Source: Gekko japonicus (lineage: Eukaryota). Taken from it: a DNA stretch of 64,000 nucleotides. How positions within the stretch are numbered: position 1 is the stretch's first letter; each line of letters starts with the position of its first letter. The translations under genes and the position numbers were made by a program. The notes beneath the pieces are model-generated. The model saw nothing but the letters and a program-made list of their open reading frames with translations. It did not search any database and had not been told where the DNA came from. The DNA lies in contig NW_015171584.1 of the NCBI RefSeq assembly GCF_001447785.1, positions 152,051 through 216,050 on the forward strand, in the 5' to 3' direction. This document shows, in pieces, positions 23,196-36,413 of this stretch.

Positions 23196-26100
23196 TTTCT
23201 TTGCAATATACAGCACCTAAAAAAAGTTTAAAAAATAAACACACACACATACAATTCATGGTGTCAGATTTTGAAGCAAAGCATAAAGAGCCCCATGTGT
23301 AATGATTTATTCAAACTTTTCTCAGCCACATTGAGCCATTATGATAAATGGCATAAATCATGGCTCATAACAGTGGTTACAGCAAGTCCTGGTTACAGGT
23401 GACACCAAAAGGGAGGCAGTCCAATAAATCGGGGTTTCAATCTAGGACTTCTTACTTTAGCTTATTAATCACATTTTGTACTCATTTTGTTTTTCTCTGT
23501 TTTGATTATTGGATTTGTCCAGAATTTGGTGTTAATGGATATTGCTGGATTGCATTGACTATTGTGTCTACAAAGTTGGCTAGTGACAATAGATTAACAG
23601 TCAGAAAATCCTACATGGGGTGTAAAGATTTTCCCCCCTTTTGAATACAGGAGCACATAGGCTGAATCAGACCAGACTTGCTGTCTAAGACTGTCAGTGG
23701 TTCTCCGTGGTCTCAGGCAGAGGTCTTTCACACACTTGATAGATGGAGATACTGGCTATTGAACGTGGATCCTCTACATGCCAAACAGATGCTCTACCAC
23801 CCCTCTACAATTTTAATCCAAGCATTTTCAATATACTGAACCCCTGGTGCTCTTCTTATCAAATTTACAACTTGGCAATAAATATTGACCTGTCAACTGC
23901 ACAATGAAATAATCAGATCTCATTACGAAGAGCAAATCTACTTAATCCTCAAACTTTGAACAGTATACATAAGTATTGGTGCTTCTTTTCTTTGCTGAAG
24001 TCCATCTGTAAATTAAACATGTTCAGCAGCTGCAGTTCCATCCTTCAACTTCAAAGATCCTGAGAAATTCTATTTGTAGCATTGCAACTAAGACCCTGCT
24101 TTTTTATCACCTGTCTAGGAAGCCATAAAGCCAATATATTACTTTCAAGCTCAGCAAACTAAAACTACAATAGCAATTGCAAGGAAATGTGTGTGTAACA
24201 GCCTCTGAGCTATGTTAGCTTGCCAGCTTCTCTAATACCTGAGTTTAACCCTAAGACATGAGGATGGCAGACCTCATGCTCATTGTATTCCAGAAGGTAA
24301 TGGAGGGGAAAAGAAGATATTTCTGCTTTAAGGAGTGGTTGGAAGAAGAAACAAATAGTAAAATAACTGTGTCTTATTTTATTGTTGAATTTAAGTGCTG
24401 GATTTGTCATGAGATTCAGTCCATAAGTGAACCCCTGGTCCATGCAAGGTCAGGTTTCAGTACTCCATAAGATACCTGAATCTGCAATAAAAATAATTGA
24501 TCCTACCTTTGGTGGTTCTTTTTCAAACACCAGGACACAAATGCACACATTGGCAAATGGCTTCTGTTAGAGATTTTCCTCCTGATTTCTTCCAAAGAGT
24601 CCAAGGGGAATAGTGTGTCAGAACAAGACCTTCACACAACAGACTGAAGAATAATTCCCACATAGACTGCTTATTTGTGCTCTGTGAAGCAAGGAGAATT
24701 TCTCCCTTGATATTTCTGATAATGGACATGTTTAATTGCAGGGGGAAAACAAGAAAAGAACTCACAGTGAATAGTATTTTCAGAAGGGAATTAGACAACG
24801 ATGTGCAGTGTCCATGTTTAATGGGCCTACACTGCACTGAGTGGAAGCCACAGTATACAGACTTAGGGTTGGGTCCAACCTGATCTTCAGCTGCAGGAAG
24901 AAAAGAAAGAAATTGTTCCCTTTGACCACCCAAAAAAGCTCTGCTGCGGATCATGGAACCTACATGCTTGAGCAATTACTCGGTTCGGTTATGTCAAAGG
25001 TGGATGTTTTGTTCTTGTTAGATTTCATGCCTACAGGGCCTAAGTGTTGTCTCAACTGTATTATGGAGTACATATCTCGCTTCATGTATGTGATCCAAAC
25101 ACAGAGGGGGTAGAGGCTTGATTCCTCAGAGCTATTCTGTGGTGATGAGCCTCACAGTGGAATTATGTCTATTAACAGCTATTGTGAGGATTGCAGCCAT
25201 AATACTAACATCTATCTGACTATTTGCCACAGAGATCCATCCTCTAGTTTTGTCTTTTTAGTACTGAAAGATGCAGGCTTTATATCAAAAGATGGCAGTC
25301 ATCTGTGCTACTGACATCTGAAGGCCAGAAGGTCTTAGGGTGCAAAAAGACATGTGTTTCAATAAATAAATGCTATTAAAAAAAACCCTACCCTGTCCTT
25401 AATGAATGATTGCCAGTCTGTTTAGACTGGCAGCATTTTGTACAAGTGAAGTTTTGTGGGGGAATTTCAAGATGCCAGCCTTTTCAGATCCAAACCAAAC
25501 ATGCTGGGAGTCATTCAGTGCCAGCCAAACAGACTGAGTTATTAGCTCACATTTGATCATCATATTTGAACTCAGTGAGTTTACACAGGAGTCTGTTTAC
25601 CTGTAAGGGTCTGTTTACCTGTCCCCCCTTCCAGCATGGCAAGAGTGATTCACATGTGTTTTCAAATATATCAAGCAAATGGCCAGCAAGGGGGAGAGAA
25701 ATTCAGCCAAGTTTGTACACCACATTGACTACAAAACTAAACACAACTCACCTGCCAAGTTTGGTGGTCCATAAGCTACCTGTTCTGACTACCTATGCAG
25801 AGTACAAAACACAACCACAGGGAGATTGCCAAGCTACAGGACAAGGTGGGTGCACTTTGCTCACCTTGGTTGCTTACCAATTATGTGATTTGATACAACA
25901 GGGATTTGACCTCTTTCAGACAACCTCAGACAACAATAGACTGCAGTCAGTCTCAATGTACTTTGGGGCTATCTTTTTTGTTGGCCAATGATAGGCTGTT
26001 TATCTGCCCCTTGGCTTCCACATAATAGGTGGGATCTGGCCAGTTTTGGATCCAATCTTGCCTAATTTCTCTCCTTATTACAGATCCCATTCCAAATGGC

Positions 26101-27124
26101 TTTTGTTCATGCAGTCTTGTGATCCCCAGTACCCACCATTTGGGGTGATCCTGTTTTTCCCAGCAAAAAAGCTGATTAGATAAAGTCTATTACCTGTAAA
26201 AAATATGGGTTACATTGTTATCACGTCTGCACATGTTGCAATGTATATAATGTACAACAAAGCAAGAAGAAAATATATGTCACACACCCAATGGATATAC
26301 TTTGCCATATGGATGAAGAGTTTCTATCAAGTGGGTTAGACACAAGCTGTTGCAACATCCTGTGTGACACATCTGCAAAAAATTTGGGGGGGAGGAGCAT
26401 TAACAGTTTTGAAAAGCCATCATTATTAGCTTGCCTGGTAGTAACACCTCACATAAAATGCTTTTCCTGTTCTAGGCAATGCTTTGGCTGAATGGTAGAA
26501 CACCTGAGTTGCATACAGAAGGTCTCAGGTTCAATCACTGGCATCTCTAATTAAAGAATCTCAGGTAGTAGATCTTGGTGAAAAACCTAGAATGCCACTG
26601 ATATAATAAACACTTTGAGATTTAGAGACCAATGTGGTGATCATATGTTCAACTTCATCAGACTGACCATTAACTAGAGCTCAGTTCAGACAACTGTGTC
26701 CATAGCTGAGAGTCATAGTTAGTGAAGTGGCCTGCATTTAGACACTCACGCTAATCACAGTTAGTTTAATTAAAGAGTGTTTGTTTCAGAACCATCACGG
26801 CCTATATAGTATTAGTGCCCTGATGGTTCTGAATATGGTGCTCATCAGTGATGAGGACTGAATTGGGGGGGGGGGCATGAATCCTGCTTATGATCTTGCA
26901 GAGTTGAAGTGACCTGTGTGCAGGTGTAATGTCCCTGGTATTGATGGCAGTGACATTACATCACTGGCGACAACAGCAGTGAGCCAACAGACTATGTGGG
27001 TTGTATCGTGTACAGTAATCAAACAGTGAGCACGAGGTTGCATATTTTTATTGTTTGATGCATTACCATGGATAAAACAACAACGTGACCAGTTCTAATG
27101 TAACATTCATTTATCATTAGTAAC

Positions 27125-27369
27125 TAGGGTTGCCAGGTTCCTCCTGGCCACTGGCAGGAGATGTAGCATAGGGTTGCCAGATCCAGGTTGGTAACTCCTA
27201 CATCTCTGGGCATGGAGACTGGGGAGGACAAGGACCTCAGTGGGACACAATGCCATGGAATCCACCCTCCAGAACATCCATCTTCTCCAAGGGAACTGAC
27301 CTCTGTAGCCTGGAGATGAGCTGTGATTCCGGGGGATCCCCAGGTCCTACCTGGAGGCTGGCATTCCTA
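27125..27369. mobile_element. TAGGGTTGCCA-type hAT MITE
   Basis: TIR TAGGGTTGCCAG / CTGGCATTCCTA. Confidence 0.7.
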
Positions 27370-27815
27370 TTAATAATGCTACAAAGTTTTTGCCAATATT
27401 AAGTGCCTGTGTAATAGGTTTAATTTCACACACAAAAATACAAGCAGTGGAAGCATTCTAGAAGCCTTCTGGTGTCGTGATTCCTGAGTATAGTATGACT
27501 GGATCAGCTGGCCACATTTCCTGGGTGACCCACATTAGTAGGAAGTGCTTCCAGCCTATTGTTTTCTGTGGGCTGGATTCAATGTTGCACATATGCAGCA
27601 ATTAATGGATGAAAGGATTATGGCTGTCTCCGGTGCTCCCTCCTTGAAAGCAGGTAAGTAGGTAGATATAACACTTGAGGGGGAGGAGGATTGATATACA
27701 CAGCAGAGAGATCAGAAATTGTTCATTGATAGGTGAAATTGACAGTGACCCTCATTTCCTGCATCTGTAAGAATGCACCTGTTGTGTCCTGTTGGTTCTA
27801 GACAAGGTTTACTTT

Positions 27816-28257
27816 GGTCCCTGCCACACGGCAGGGAATTAGGTGCTAGTACCGCGGCTAAAGTGAGCCGCGGCAAAGTTGGGACGGCGCGGCGGGATCT
27901 CACAGATCCCCCGAGCCGCGTCGCAACGCTCCCCGGCACGATCAGATGCCGGGGAGAACGCAGCGGTGGGAAGGGGAGCCTGGCGAACTGCGCATGCTCA
28001 CACATGCGCAGTTCGGCCAGGAGCCGGGGATGCGCCGGCGCAAGGACGCGCCGGCGATCCCACGGCCAGCGTTGCTGCGGCCCTTCGGAAAGAACCACCT
28101 CGGGAGGTGGTTCTTTTTCGCCGCGGAGCAACGCTGGAAGGGACGGAACCGGGACGGATCCGGCACGCTCCCCAGATGTTGAGGTGGGATCGTGCCGGTT
28201 TGCTCCGCCCCTGTTCCGTCCCGCTTCCGGACCAAATGGGCTCGTATGAACAGGGCC
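27816..28257. mobile_element. Harbinger-like MITE, divergent relative of 35174/39428
   Basis: Imperfect TIRs GGTCCCTGCCACACG / CGTATGAACAGGGCC; shared internal motifs (TGCGCATGCTC, ACCT..AGGT hairpin, CCCAGATGT...GATCG). Confidence 0.62.
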
Positions 28258-28291
28258 ATGAAGTGTTAAACAGGAACAACAACTGCTGCAA

Positions 28292-28480
28292 TAGCCAGTG
28301 TAGGGATTAAGCATGTCAGATTAGTATCTGGAAGACCCAGGTTCAAATCCCCACTTGTGCCACGGAAGCTCGTTGGGTGATCTGGGGCCAGTCACACTAT
28401 CTCAGCCTAACCTATCTCACAAAGTTGTTGTGAGGATAAAATGGAGGAGAGAAGGATGTCAGCCATCTATTGGGGAGAAA
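28292..28480 (+). mobile_element. Older MIR/Squam3-related tRNA SINE
   Basis: CCAGGTTCAAATCCC B-box; TGGGTGATCTGGGGCCAGTCAC core. A related minus-strand copy lies at ~44780-45003. Confidence 0.7.
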
Positions 28481-29133
28481 GGCCAAAATTCTACCCTTCT
28501 ACTTCCTGTTCCCTCTCCTACAATACTAAATCTCCCAGCAGGCTGTTGTTTATGGACATTGCTGTATATAAGAACCACAGCACCTAGCCACACTCATTGT
28601 ATCTGTTACTAGAAATACAACAAAAAGGATTTCTCTGTAGTTTAGGCAGAATTTTAAAGCCCAATATGATGAATTCTATGACCGTTGTTTGATTCTCCTA
28701 CTGTCTTCTTGCCATGTTTCATATGATCCAGTGTTGTACCCCAGAGGAATCAACACCTAGTACAGTATACATTCATTATCCACATCTAGCATGAATTTAA
28801 CTGACCTGATGACAAGGAGTTAATGCAAGAAAACATTGGAAAGTGTAGTTGGGTCTGTTAATGGGATGTTGATGGGGTTATCTGTTCTAAGGATGTCATT
28901 GAGAGCCAAGGGTCTGCCTTGCCAGGGGTATGATCTCTTTTCTGTGGGTGGGCTACTGGCAGTTAAGGCTCCTTCCAGCATCTTCAATCATTGCTTTAAA
29001 TAGAAACACTTTATCATAAAACAAACAACAACACATTCACAGCTTTCACAGTGGAAATTACAAACCACAAATTGCTTCTTCCAAAATGCTTCTGTTAACT
29101 CAGTCACCCTTGTGGTTTGCAGCTTCTTATTCA

Positions 29134-30120
29134 CTAGTGAGTCATTGTGCACTGAAGATGGGTTCTATGGATTCTTCTGTAGGACGACAGTTTGCTCAAG
29201 GCCTTTCTAACAGCCTCTTTGAATTCTCTGTTTCTCAGGCTGTATATGAAGGGATTGATCATGGGAGTCAGGATAGTGTAGAAAACGGAGAAGACTTTGT
29301 TCAGATCCTTCATTGCCTTTGGCTTGGGCAATACGTACACAATGATGAGGCTTCCATAGAAAATAGAGACCACAATAAGATGAGAGGAACAAGTAGAAAA
29401 GGCTTTGCCCCTGCCACTGTTGGAAGGAATTCTCAAAATGGTGATGATGATGCACACATATGAGGCCAGTGTGAACAACAATGGTGGCACTGCGCATGCA
29501 GAGCCCAAGACAGTCATCAGCATTTCTGTCTGCCAAGTGTCACTGCATGAGAGCATTAACAATGGTGCATAGTCACAGAAGAAATGGTCAATTTCATTGG
29601 GGCCACAGTAGTTCAGCTGCGAAGGAAAGACTGTTGTAAACACACTAGCCACAATGCCGATCATCCATGAGGCAAGGCATAACTGAATACACTGTTTCTT
29701 GTTCATGAGGGTGACATAATGGAGTGGTCTGCATACAGCTACATATCGGTCATAAGACATTGCAGACAAAAGATAGCTCTCAGCTGCAGCCAAAAATGAA
29801 AAGCAATAGAACTGGAGGAAACATCCATTAAAAGAAACTCCATGGTAGTCACTTATAAAGCTGGCCAAAACCCTGGGAAGGATTGTTGAAGAGTAGCAGA
29901 TCTCTAAAAAAGATAAATTCCACAGAAAGAAGTACATTGGCTTGTGAAGGTGAGGATTAGCCAGAACTACTGAAGCTATAAGGATGTTTCCAGCCATTGT
30001 TACTATGTAGATCATGAAAAACACACCAAAGAGAAGATTCTGCTTTTCTGGGAAAGTCTTGAATCCTATGAGGACAAATTCTGTGACTCCTGTCCGGTTG
30101 TACCAGTCTGTTTTTGCCAT
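29134..30120 (-). CDS. Olfactory receptor, class II, intact, 328 aa (OR-D)
   Basis: LHKPMYFFLWNLS, MSYDRYVAVCRPLHY, KAFSTCSSHL, PMINPFIYSLRN and an NRT sequon. Confidence 0.97.
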   Translation of the reverse strand: MAKTDWYNRTGVTEFVLIGFKTFPEKQNLLFGVFFMIYIVTMAGNILIASVVLANPHLHKPMYFFLWNLSFLEICYSSTILPRVLASFISDYHGVSFNGCFLQFYCFSFLAAAESYLLSAMSYDRYVAVCRPLHYVTLMNKKQCIQLCLASWMIGIVASVFTTVFPSQLNYCGPNEIDHFFCDYAPLLMLSCSDTWQTEMLMTVLGSACAVPPLLFTLASYVCIIITILRIPSNSGRGKAFSTCSSHLIVVSIFYGSLIIVYVLPKPKAMKDLNKVFSVFYTILTPMINPFIYSLRNREFKEAVRKALSKLSSYRRIHRTHLQCTMTH

Positions 30121-31062
30121 GGGTTATTTGATCCAATGACTATACAGGTTCTGCAAAACCAAGTACACTGTTAGAATCCAGTGCATCATATTTGACCTAA
30201 GTCCAAAGATACTGAAATTTCATTAGCAGCCCAAGTAAATATCCAAACTGGCTGAATAAATTGTATAGGATATGCAATCTTTCTAGTATCTATGTGAAGG
30301 ACCAGATAAATTATGCATGCTCTCTCATTTCTGTATTCCCAAGTCATTAGCCATAACAGCAGTATGATAAAAATGATTTATATACAGTTTGTAAAGAACT
30401 GCCTGTTTTGTTGTACTCTATACCCAAAATAATGCAATTTTCTTGGCCAGTCAATGGGAGGTAGAATGGAAAAACATCAGTTAGCAACACGTTTCATATG
30501 CCCTTTTCTGTTGTTACAACTCAGTTTTCAAAATGTTATACTTCTGAAATATGATGTGAAGCCAGAAGGCCCAAGATAGCATGGAGTCCCATTAAGACTG
30601 GTAAAGAAGATAATTATGGCCTCTTGTCAGAAGGTTCAATCAAGATCTCACCAAAGTGAAGATAATGTTTCCAATATATATATATATAACAATTAATGTT
30701 TCAAGAATTTTGAGTCAAAGACATTCCAAGCCAAAAGGAACTGCACTGATAACACTAGCTTTCATCAGAGTGGCACTTCAGACGTTACCCAGAATCCACT
30801 GGAAACCACTGATTTATACAAATGTGTTTACCATGACCAAATTATGTTCAGCTATAGCAATGCCTTATGGATGCATTAGTCAAGTGATACAAAAGGGAAA
30901 TTTAAGAAACAACTTTGTATCAACATTTCTACTCTAATTTATAGTACCTGTATTTCACAGAATAAGATACCTTCCTTGTCTGGAGAGCAATACATACAGA
31001 TTTAGCGGCAGATATATAAGTTTGCCAGTCTTGGGAATCCACAGTAATATAAATGGTAACAG

Positions 31063-31615
31063 CCCAGGACAACTAGTAAACCGGAAAACAGTCTGACACT
31101 CAGCGCTTAGGATGAAATGAAATACAATTTCTCCACTGTATTTAACAATGTTATTTATAATAGCTAATAACACATCCACATTGCTACATATTCTGTCTTT
31201 CATATGCACACCCAAGGCAAATTGATCTGTTTGTATGCCCAGAATAAGATTATCCAGTAAAATGGATGAGGATACATTCTAGTATTTGAAATCATGGCAT
31301 GGAATATCATGTGAAGACACTATGAATAGTAGATTTTCAAGAGAGACTACCACGGTGCTTCAGTATGTTCGTATGAAGTTGTGAACGAAACGAAAATCAA
31401 CTCCGGGGAGTTTCATCAACCCACTTTTTTTCTGTACTTTTGAACCCACTTTTTTCTGTATTTTGGGTGTGCATATAAAAGACAGAATATGTAACAATGT
31501 GGATGTGTTATTAGCTATTATAAATAGCATTGTTAAATACAGTGGAGAAATTGTATTTCATTTCATCCTAAGCACTGTGTGTCAGCCTGTTTTCCGGGTT
31601 ACTAGTAGTCTTGGG
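31063..31615. repeat. Long inverted repeat: arms 31063-31215 and 31463-31615, ~247-bp spacer
   Basis: The arms are reverse complements with only scattered mismatches. Confidence 0.92.
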
Positions 31616-32227
31616 AATCCAGGCCAACTGGCTTGTTAAGTAGAATCAACTAAAATTAGTAGGAATTCAGCAAAGAAATAAAGCATGGACAAACATTAGC
31701 AAACAGCCACAAATGCCATGAGTTCATACAAGATTAGATCTAGAGAGCTAGGGAGAGAAGGATGGCCGATGGTATTTTAAAAATGTTTTTGCAATTCCTG
31801 GATGACTAATAAGAAATACGGTAGAGGAAGCTGTCTGTTACTGAGTCAAAGAGTTGCTTTGCATTATCTAAATAAGTCCTTAAAAGTTCTCCTCATCAAT
31901 GTTCTCATAATATCTCTACAGTCCTTTTACTGTCCTGTAAAGCCAACACAACATTAGTGATGATGGCGGTCAGACTTCATATTTCTAGATACCCATCTCT
32001 CTGTCATCCACATACAGTTTTATCTCAGATATTGCCCCCCCATCACTACTTCTCTTTCCTCAACATATCAGGAACCATGAATGTGGATCCTATTATAGTT
32101 CTCCCTCTATTACAGCAAATGTATCTGTTGATAAAAACGATATCCCAGCTTCTATTATGATATACCTGCCTGCATTCTACCACACCTGTTTAGAAGACCA
32201 TTACATTGCAAATGTGCTCTGGTGGTT

Positions 32228-32405
32228 ATTTATCTTTCCTCCACAAAGATGCAATGGCTCTGGTAAGGTTTATCACAGGGAATTATAGATTCACCTGAGA
32301 CTAGCATTCAGAACTCTTACAGAGACAATACAAAGATCTGGGGAAACACTTGTAGAAAAACAAATGCTACAGAAAATATTCCCCAGGACATTTATTTTCT
32401 AAAGG
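32228..32405 (-). promoter_or_regulatory. Putative 5' non-coding exon/promoter of OR-D (donor CAG|GTGAAT, intron 32294-30151)
   Basis: Conserved with 45458-45615 upstream of OR-E; O/E(EBF)-like sites; acceptor with TTCTAAC branch point at 30151-30176. Confidence 0.55.
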
Positions 32406-32559
32406 TATAGAAGAACTTGTGTGTATGTGTTATAAATTCACATAACATTCCTCAAGGATTTGTTTTGCCTTCTCTCATAACAATTAAAATACAGGGGGAC
32501 ACCGTAATACATCATCATCATCATCATCATTATTGACAAAACTTACAATGCATCTTCTG

Positions 32560-34150
32560 CCTATACCAGGGCCACCAAGGCTGCTAATAGATTAAGTACA
32601 TACATAATGAAAACTCGTCTTAAAAAATAACAACAAAAAAGACACATCCTTCAAACAATTAAAACCAAGCTAAAATACACATACAAAAAAAAAACAATAA
32701 TCAAAACATAGGGAAGGAGGGCAGTATCACTGAGAGAACACCAGATGAAACAAAAAGTCTTTACCAGCCAGTGGAACATGGTAACAGAAGTGGTTAGATG
32801 AGCTTCCAGGGCAGAAACTTCCAAGTTTTAGTGCCATGACTGAAAAGGCCATCTCCTGGGCTTTCACTCGCCTAATCTAGGAAGTCAGGGGCACCTAAAT
32901 CAGGGTCTCAGAAGATAACCATGGCAATTCTGTAGGGTTTTGGGGGGGATAGGTGGTCCTCCAGGTATGCTAGTCCCAAGCCATATAAGGGTTTAAAGGT
33001 CAACACATGGAGTTTTCCCCTCAGATGGCTGTGGCCCCGCCCCCAGCATGCCCAGCGTCATCACATCACATCCAGCTGACATGCATGCCGGGGTGGGGTT
33101 CCCCCCGGGGCCCAATTTCGTGGCGGCGGACATCGGGCCTCCAAAGTGGGGGATTAACCACCCCCCGAGGGGACTTTGCAGCCCTAATTTACAAACTCCT
33201 TTCCCTTCCCCTTCCCACAACAAGACACCCTGTGAGGTAGGCGGGGCCGAGAGAGCTCTTTCCAGAACTGTCCTTGAGACAACAGCTCTGACAGAACTAT
33301 GGCTTGCCCAAAGTCATTCAGCAGCTGCAAGTGGAGGAGTGGGGAATCAAGCCTGGTTCTCCCAGATTAAAATCCACGCACTTAACTGCTACACCAAACT
33401 GGCTCCTGCCTTTCCTACACACTGTGTTTGGAAGCCAAAGTGGCCCAGGGGGCTTGAGGAGTATTATTGAGCCCAACAAGAGGCTGCATGTGCACTGAAT
33501 GCTTGCACAAGCAGCCTTCTGATGGAGGAAATAACGCTTATCCTCATGGCTCCTGACAACAATGCCCAGGAGAAGGCAGGACCCCCCCTGTCTCATGACA
33601 GTCCTGGTCTGAATTCACCACCTGTTGCACTATGACATGGGAATTGACACAGTTGCAAATGCCTAACAGTCCCCATTGCCAACCAGGTCTGTAGTTACAG
33701 TAGGGCATTTTGGGGCCTGGCCCTCCAAACTTCTTGCCAAGGCCCCATGACTTCCATCCAGCCCCCAGGCTCCCCTGGTGCCCAGGTTGCCATGGCAGAC
33801 CACATGATGATGTCAATGAGCCATGGCATGAATGGGCTGCAGGACTACCAGATGTCCAGAACCAAGGGAGTTCCCTTCCCAACCCCCTCAACTGATCACC
33901 CATGATAGCCTGGTTAGGAAAACCTCCCCCAAACACCATTCTTCAGTGTTTCAGGTGGTTCGTCCTAGTCTTCATCTTAAGCAAATATCCCATTTGCACT
34001 CCCAGCTACAACCAAACAAAACTTTCAACCAGATATTGAAATAACCATGTCCCCAAGACCCAACAGTGTGAATCAGGCATTAAAAAGAAAAGGTCCCTAT
34101 CATGGCAAAGTTGAGAAGGGCACTAAAAGTTCCTGCTTGGCCTGAAAGTA
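32560..34150 (-). mobile_element. Decayed L2-type LINE fragments with nested SINE
   Basis: Reverse-complement similarity to the L2 3' part at 37900-38110; no open frame. Confidence 0.5.
33189..33404 (-). mobile_element. tRNA-derived SINE (Squam3-like), 3'-truncated
   Basis: Same family, reverse strand. Confidence 0.85.
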
Positions 34151-35173
34151 ACTGGCTGACTCCAGATTGGTCTATCCAGAGGTGGGTGAGAGGCAAGGGA
34201 TGAGAGGCAAAGCACTCTTAAACATGCACTCAGCTCACTCTCATGATAGAATAGGAAATAAAGATCCTAACCACACCTGCTCCTCAGCCTCAGCATCTTC
34301 TTTTTTCTTTTGGAAAAGGGAGGAGGGGAGAATTGTTTCCCACACAACTTCACAACAAGAACTGAAATACACCTTCTTTTATCTTGTAATTGTGTTGGAC
34401 ATTAAAAACACACACACACACACTTTGAACTTTCCCTGTGCCTTCCTTTTCAATGGCATTTAGTCCAACTTCCTGTTTCACACAGTGTCTCACCAATTAA
34501 CCAGGAAAGCCAACAAATAGGACAAGGAAGCCAAGGCCTTCTCTTGATGTTGCCTCTAAGCACTGGTAGCTGACTTCTTCTCCTCCTCCTCCTCTTCCTC
34601 CTTCTCCTCCTCCTCACAACAATGTTATTTCACTCAGTTATAACCTATCTCAGATCCACCAAGAAGAGACACATGTGCTTTCCTTGAACCACCCTAATCT
34701 TACCACCCTAATCTTATCATATCTGTACCTGGTATCATTTCCATTACCTTTGCTCAAGTACTTTACTTCACATCTGATTAAATTCTTTTGTATAGGTCCA
34801 TATGACAAAGTGACTTCTTTGTTTAGCACCAATTGATGGTAAGTAATCAGGACTTTACTAAGGTATTTGGACTGTGACACAGCAGAATATAGTGGGAATT
34901 CAACAGGCAGAAATCATAAAGGACTTCTATTAATCACAGTGCATCTACAACATAGATTACTATGCAGTTTAAAATAAAAAAAATAAATTTAGTTTAGAAA
35001 GTTGTCTGAATACTACACAAGTGCACTTCTCAAAATGCAGTTATCCAAGTACTTCTCAAAGTCACATGTTTGATGCTTCTTCTTGAGGAACTTCTTTGCC
35101 TGCATTTCAAATTAGCACCATGGTATAGCATGGTGCTTTGGAGGATGAAGTGAGAACTTAAATGCTAGAGTCA

Positions 35174-35700
35174 TGCCCCGGTCACATGGAGCATTAGCCA
35201 CGCTAGATCAACGAAAGATAGGCGGAGTTTCCGGGCGCGACCTCACCGGCACATCTGGGAAGCGTCGGGCTTCCGTGGCGCAACTGAGGCTTCCCGCCGA
35301 AGACGCGCAGTAAAAAAACTAGTACCTCGGAGGTACTAGTTTCCTGAAACCGCGGGGCAAGGGCGGGTGTCTGATCGCATTTCCGGAGGTAGTTCCGGCG
35401 CCCGCCCATGTCCCCTCAGAAAAAGGTTTTTTTTCAAAGTCTCCACGGATGCACACACGCACCCAAGGGAGCATGCGCACAATTGAGTTTAAAAATAAAA
35501 ACAACCAACCCGTTTGCCCTGTGCCCCGCTTCTTTGCTGCACCGCAGGACTGTGGAGTGATCGGCACCTCCCCCCTTCCATGGGACCCCCACAGGACCAC
35601 GATAGGTAGGTCTGCTCGAGCAACCGCACGGTTTTTAGCCCCGGGGCTAACAGCCACATTCCCCCCCCCCGCGCAGTTTCCTGCCCATGTGACCAGGACC
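35174..35700. mobile_element. PIF/Harbinger-like MITE, ~527 bp, CpG-rich
   Basis: TIR (T)GCCCCGGTCACATG / CATGTGACCAGGACC; TCA/TGA flanks; reverse-complement homolog of 39428-39959. Confidence 0.75.
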
Positions 35701-36048
35701 TGAGTTTGGCAATGGTCTCATTATGTAGCTACAAGAACAGTCTCTAGGACGTTTATGAGATTGTGTGATAAGGCGATGAAGACTGCTAAAGGGGAATTTA
35801 TACGGCCTCCATCATATCTGCTAGCTCTCCCCTGGTGCAATTATTTGGAATAATTAACTTGTTAACTTCTCTTTCAGAGAGAACTCAGAATGGTGGAATT
35901 TGGCAATTAGCTGTGAGGTCTTCGTGATCTTTTTTGCAGATAAAATCTTGTTGATCTGCCAGAACCTGCTTGCCAGCATTGATACACTATGTGAACTGGA
36001 GGCCCCTTGGCTGTCTCTGAGTCCAGTATTGGACACATTCAGCCAACA

Positions 36049-36121
36049 TGAGAGCCAGTTTGGTGTAGTGGTTAAGTGTGCAGACTCTAATCTGGGAGAA
36101 CCGGGTTTGATTCCCCACTCC
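36049..36121 (+). mobile_element. Squam3-like SINE head running into an assembly gap
   Basis: GAGAGCCAGTTTGGTGTAGTGGTTAAG...GATTCCCCACTCC, then Ns. Confidence 0.85.
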
Positions 36122-36413
36122 NNNNNNNNNNNNNNNNNNNNNNNNNNNNNNNNNNNNNNNNNNNNNNNNNNNNNNNNNNNNNNNNNNNNNNNNNNNNNNN
36201 NNNNNNNNNNNNNNNNNNNNNNNNNNNNNNNNNNNNNNNNNNNNNNNNNNNNNNNNNNNNNNNNNNNNNNNNNNNNNNNNNNNNNNNNNNNNNNNNNNNN
36301 NNNNNNNNNNNNNNNNNNNNNNNNNNNNNNNNNNNNNNNNNNNNNNNNNNNNNNNNNNNNNNNNNNNNNNNNNNNNNNNNNNNNNNNNNNNNNNNNNNNN
36401 NNNNNNNNNNNNN
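36122..36413. other. Assembly gap
   Basis: N run. Confidence 1.

Noticed and set aside
27712-28314. Overlapping 100-200 aa GC-rich ORFs here and at 17773-19168, 35203-35703, 39228-39853 and 56558-57134
   Set aside because: They fall in GC-rich MITE/SINE bodies where stop codons are rare; low complexity and no recognisable domains.
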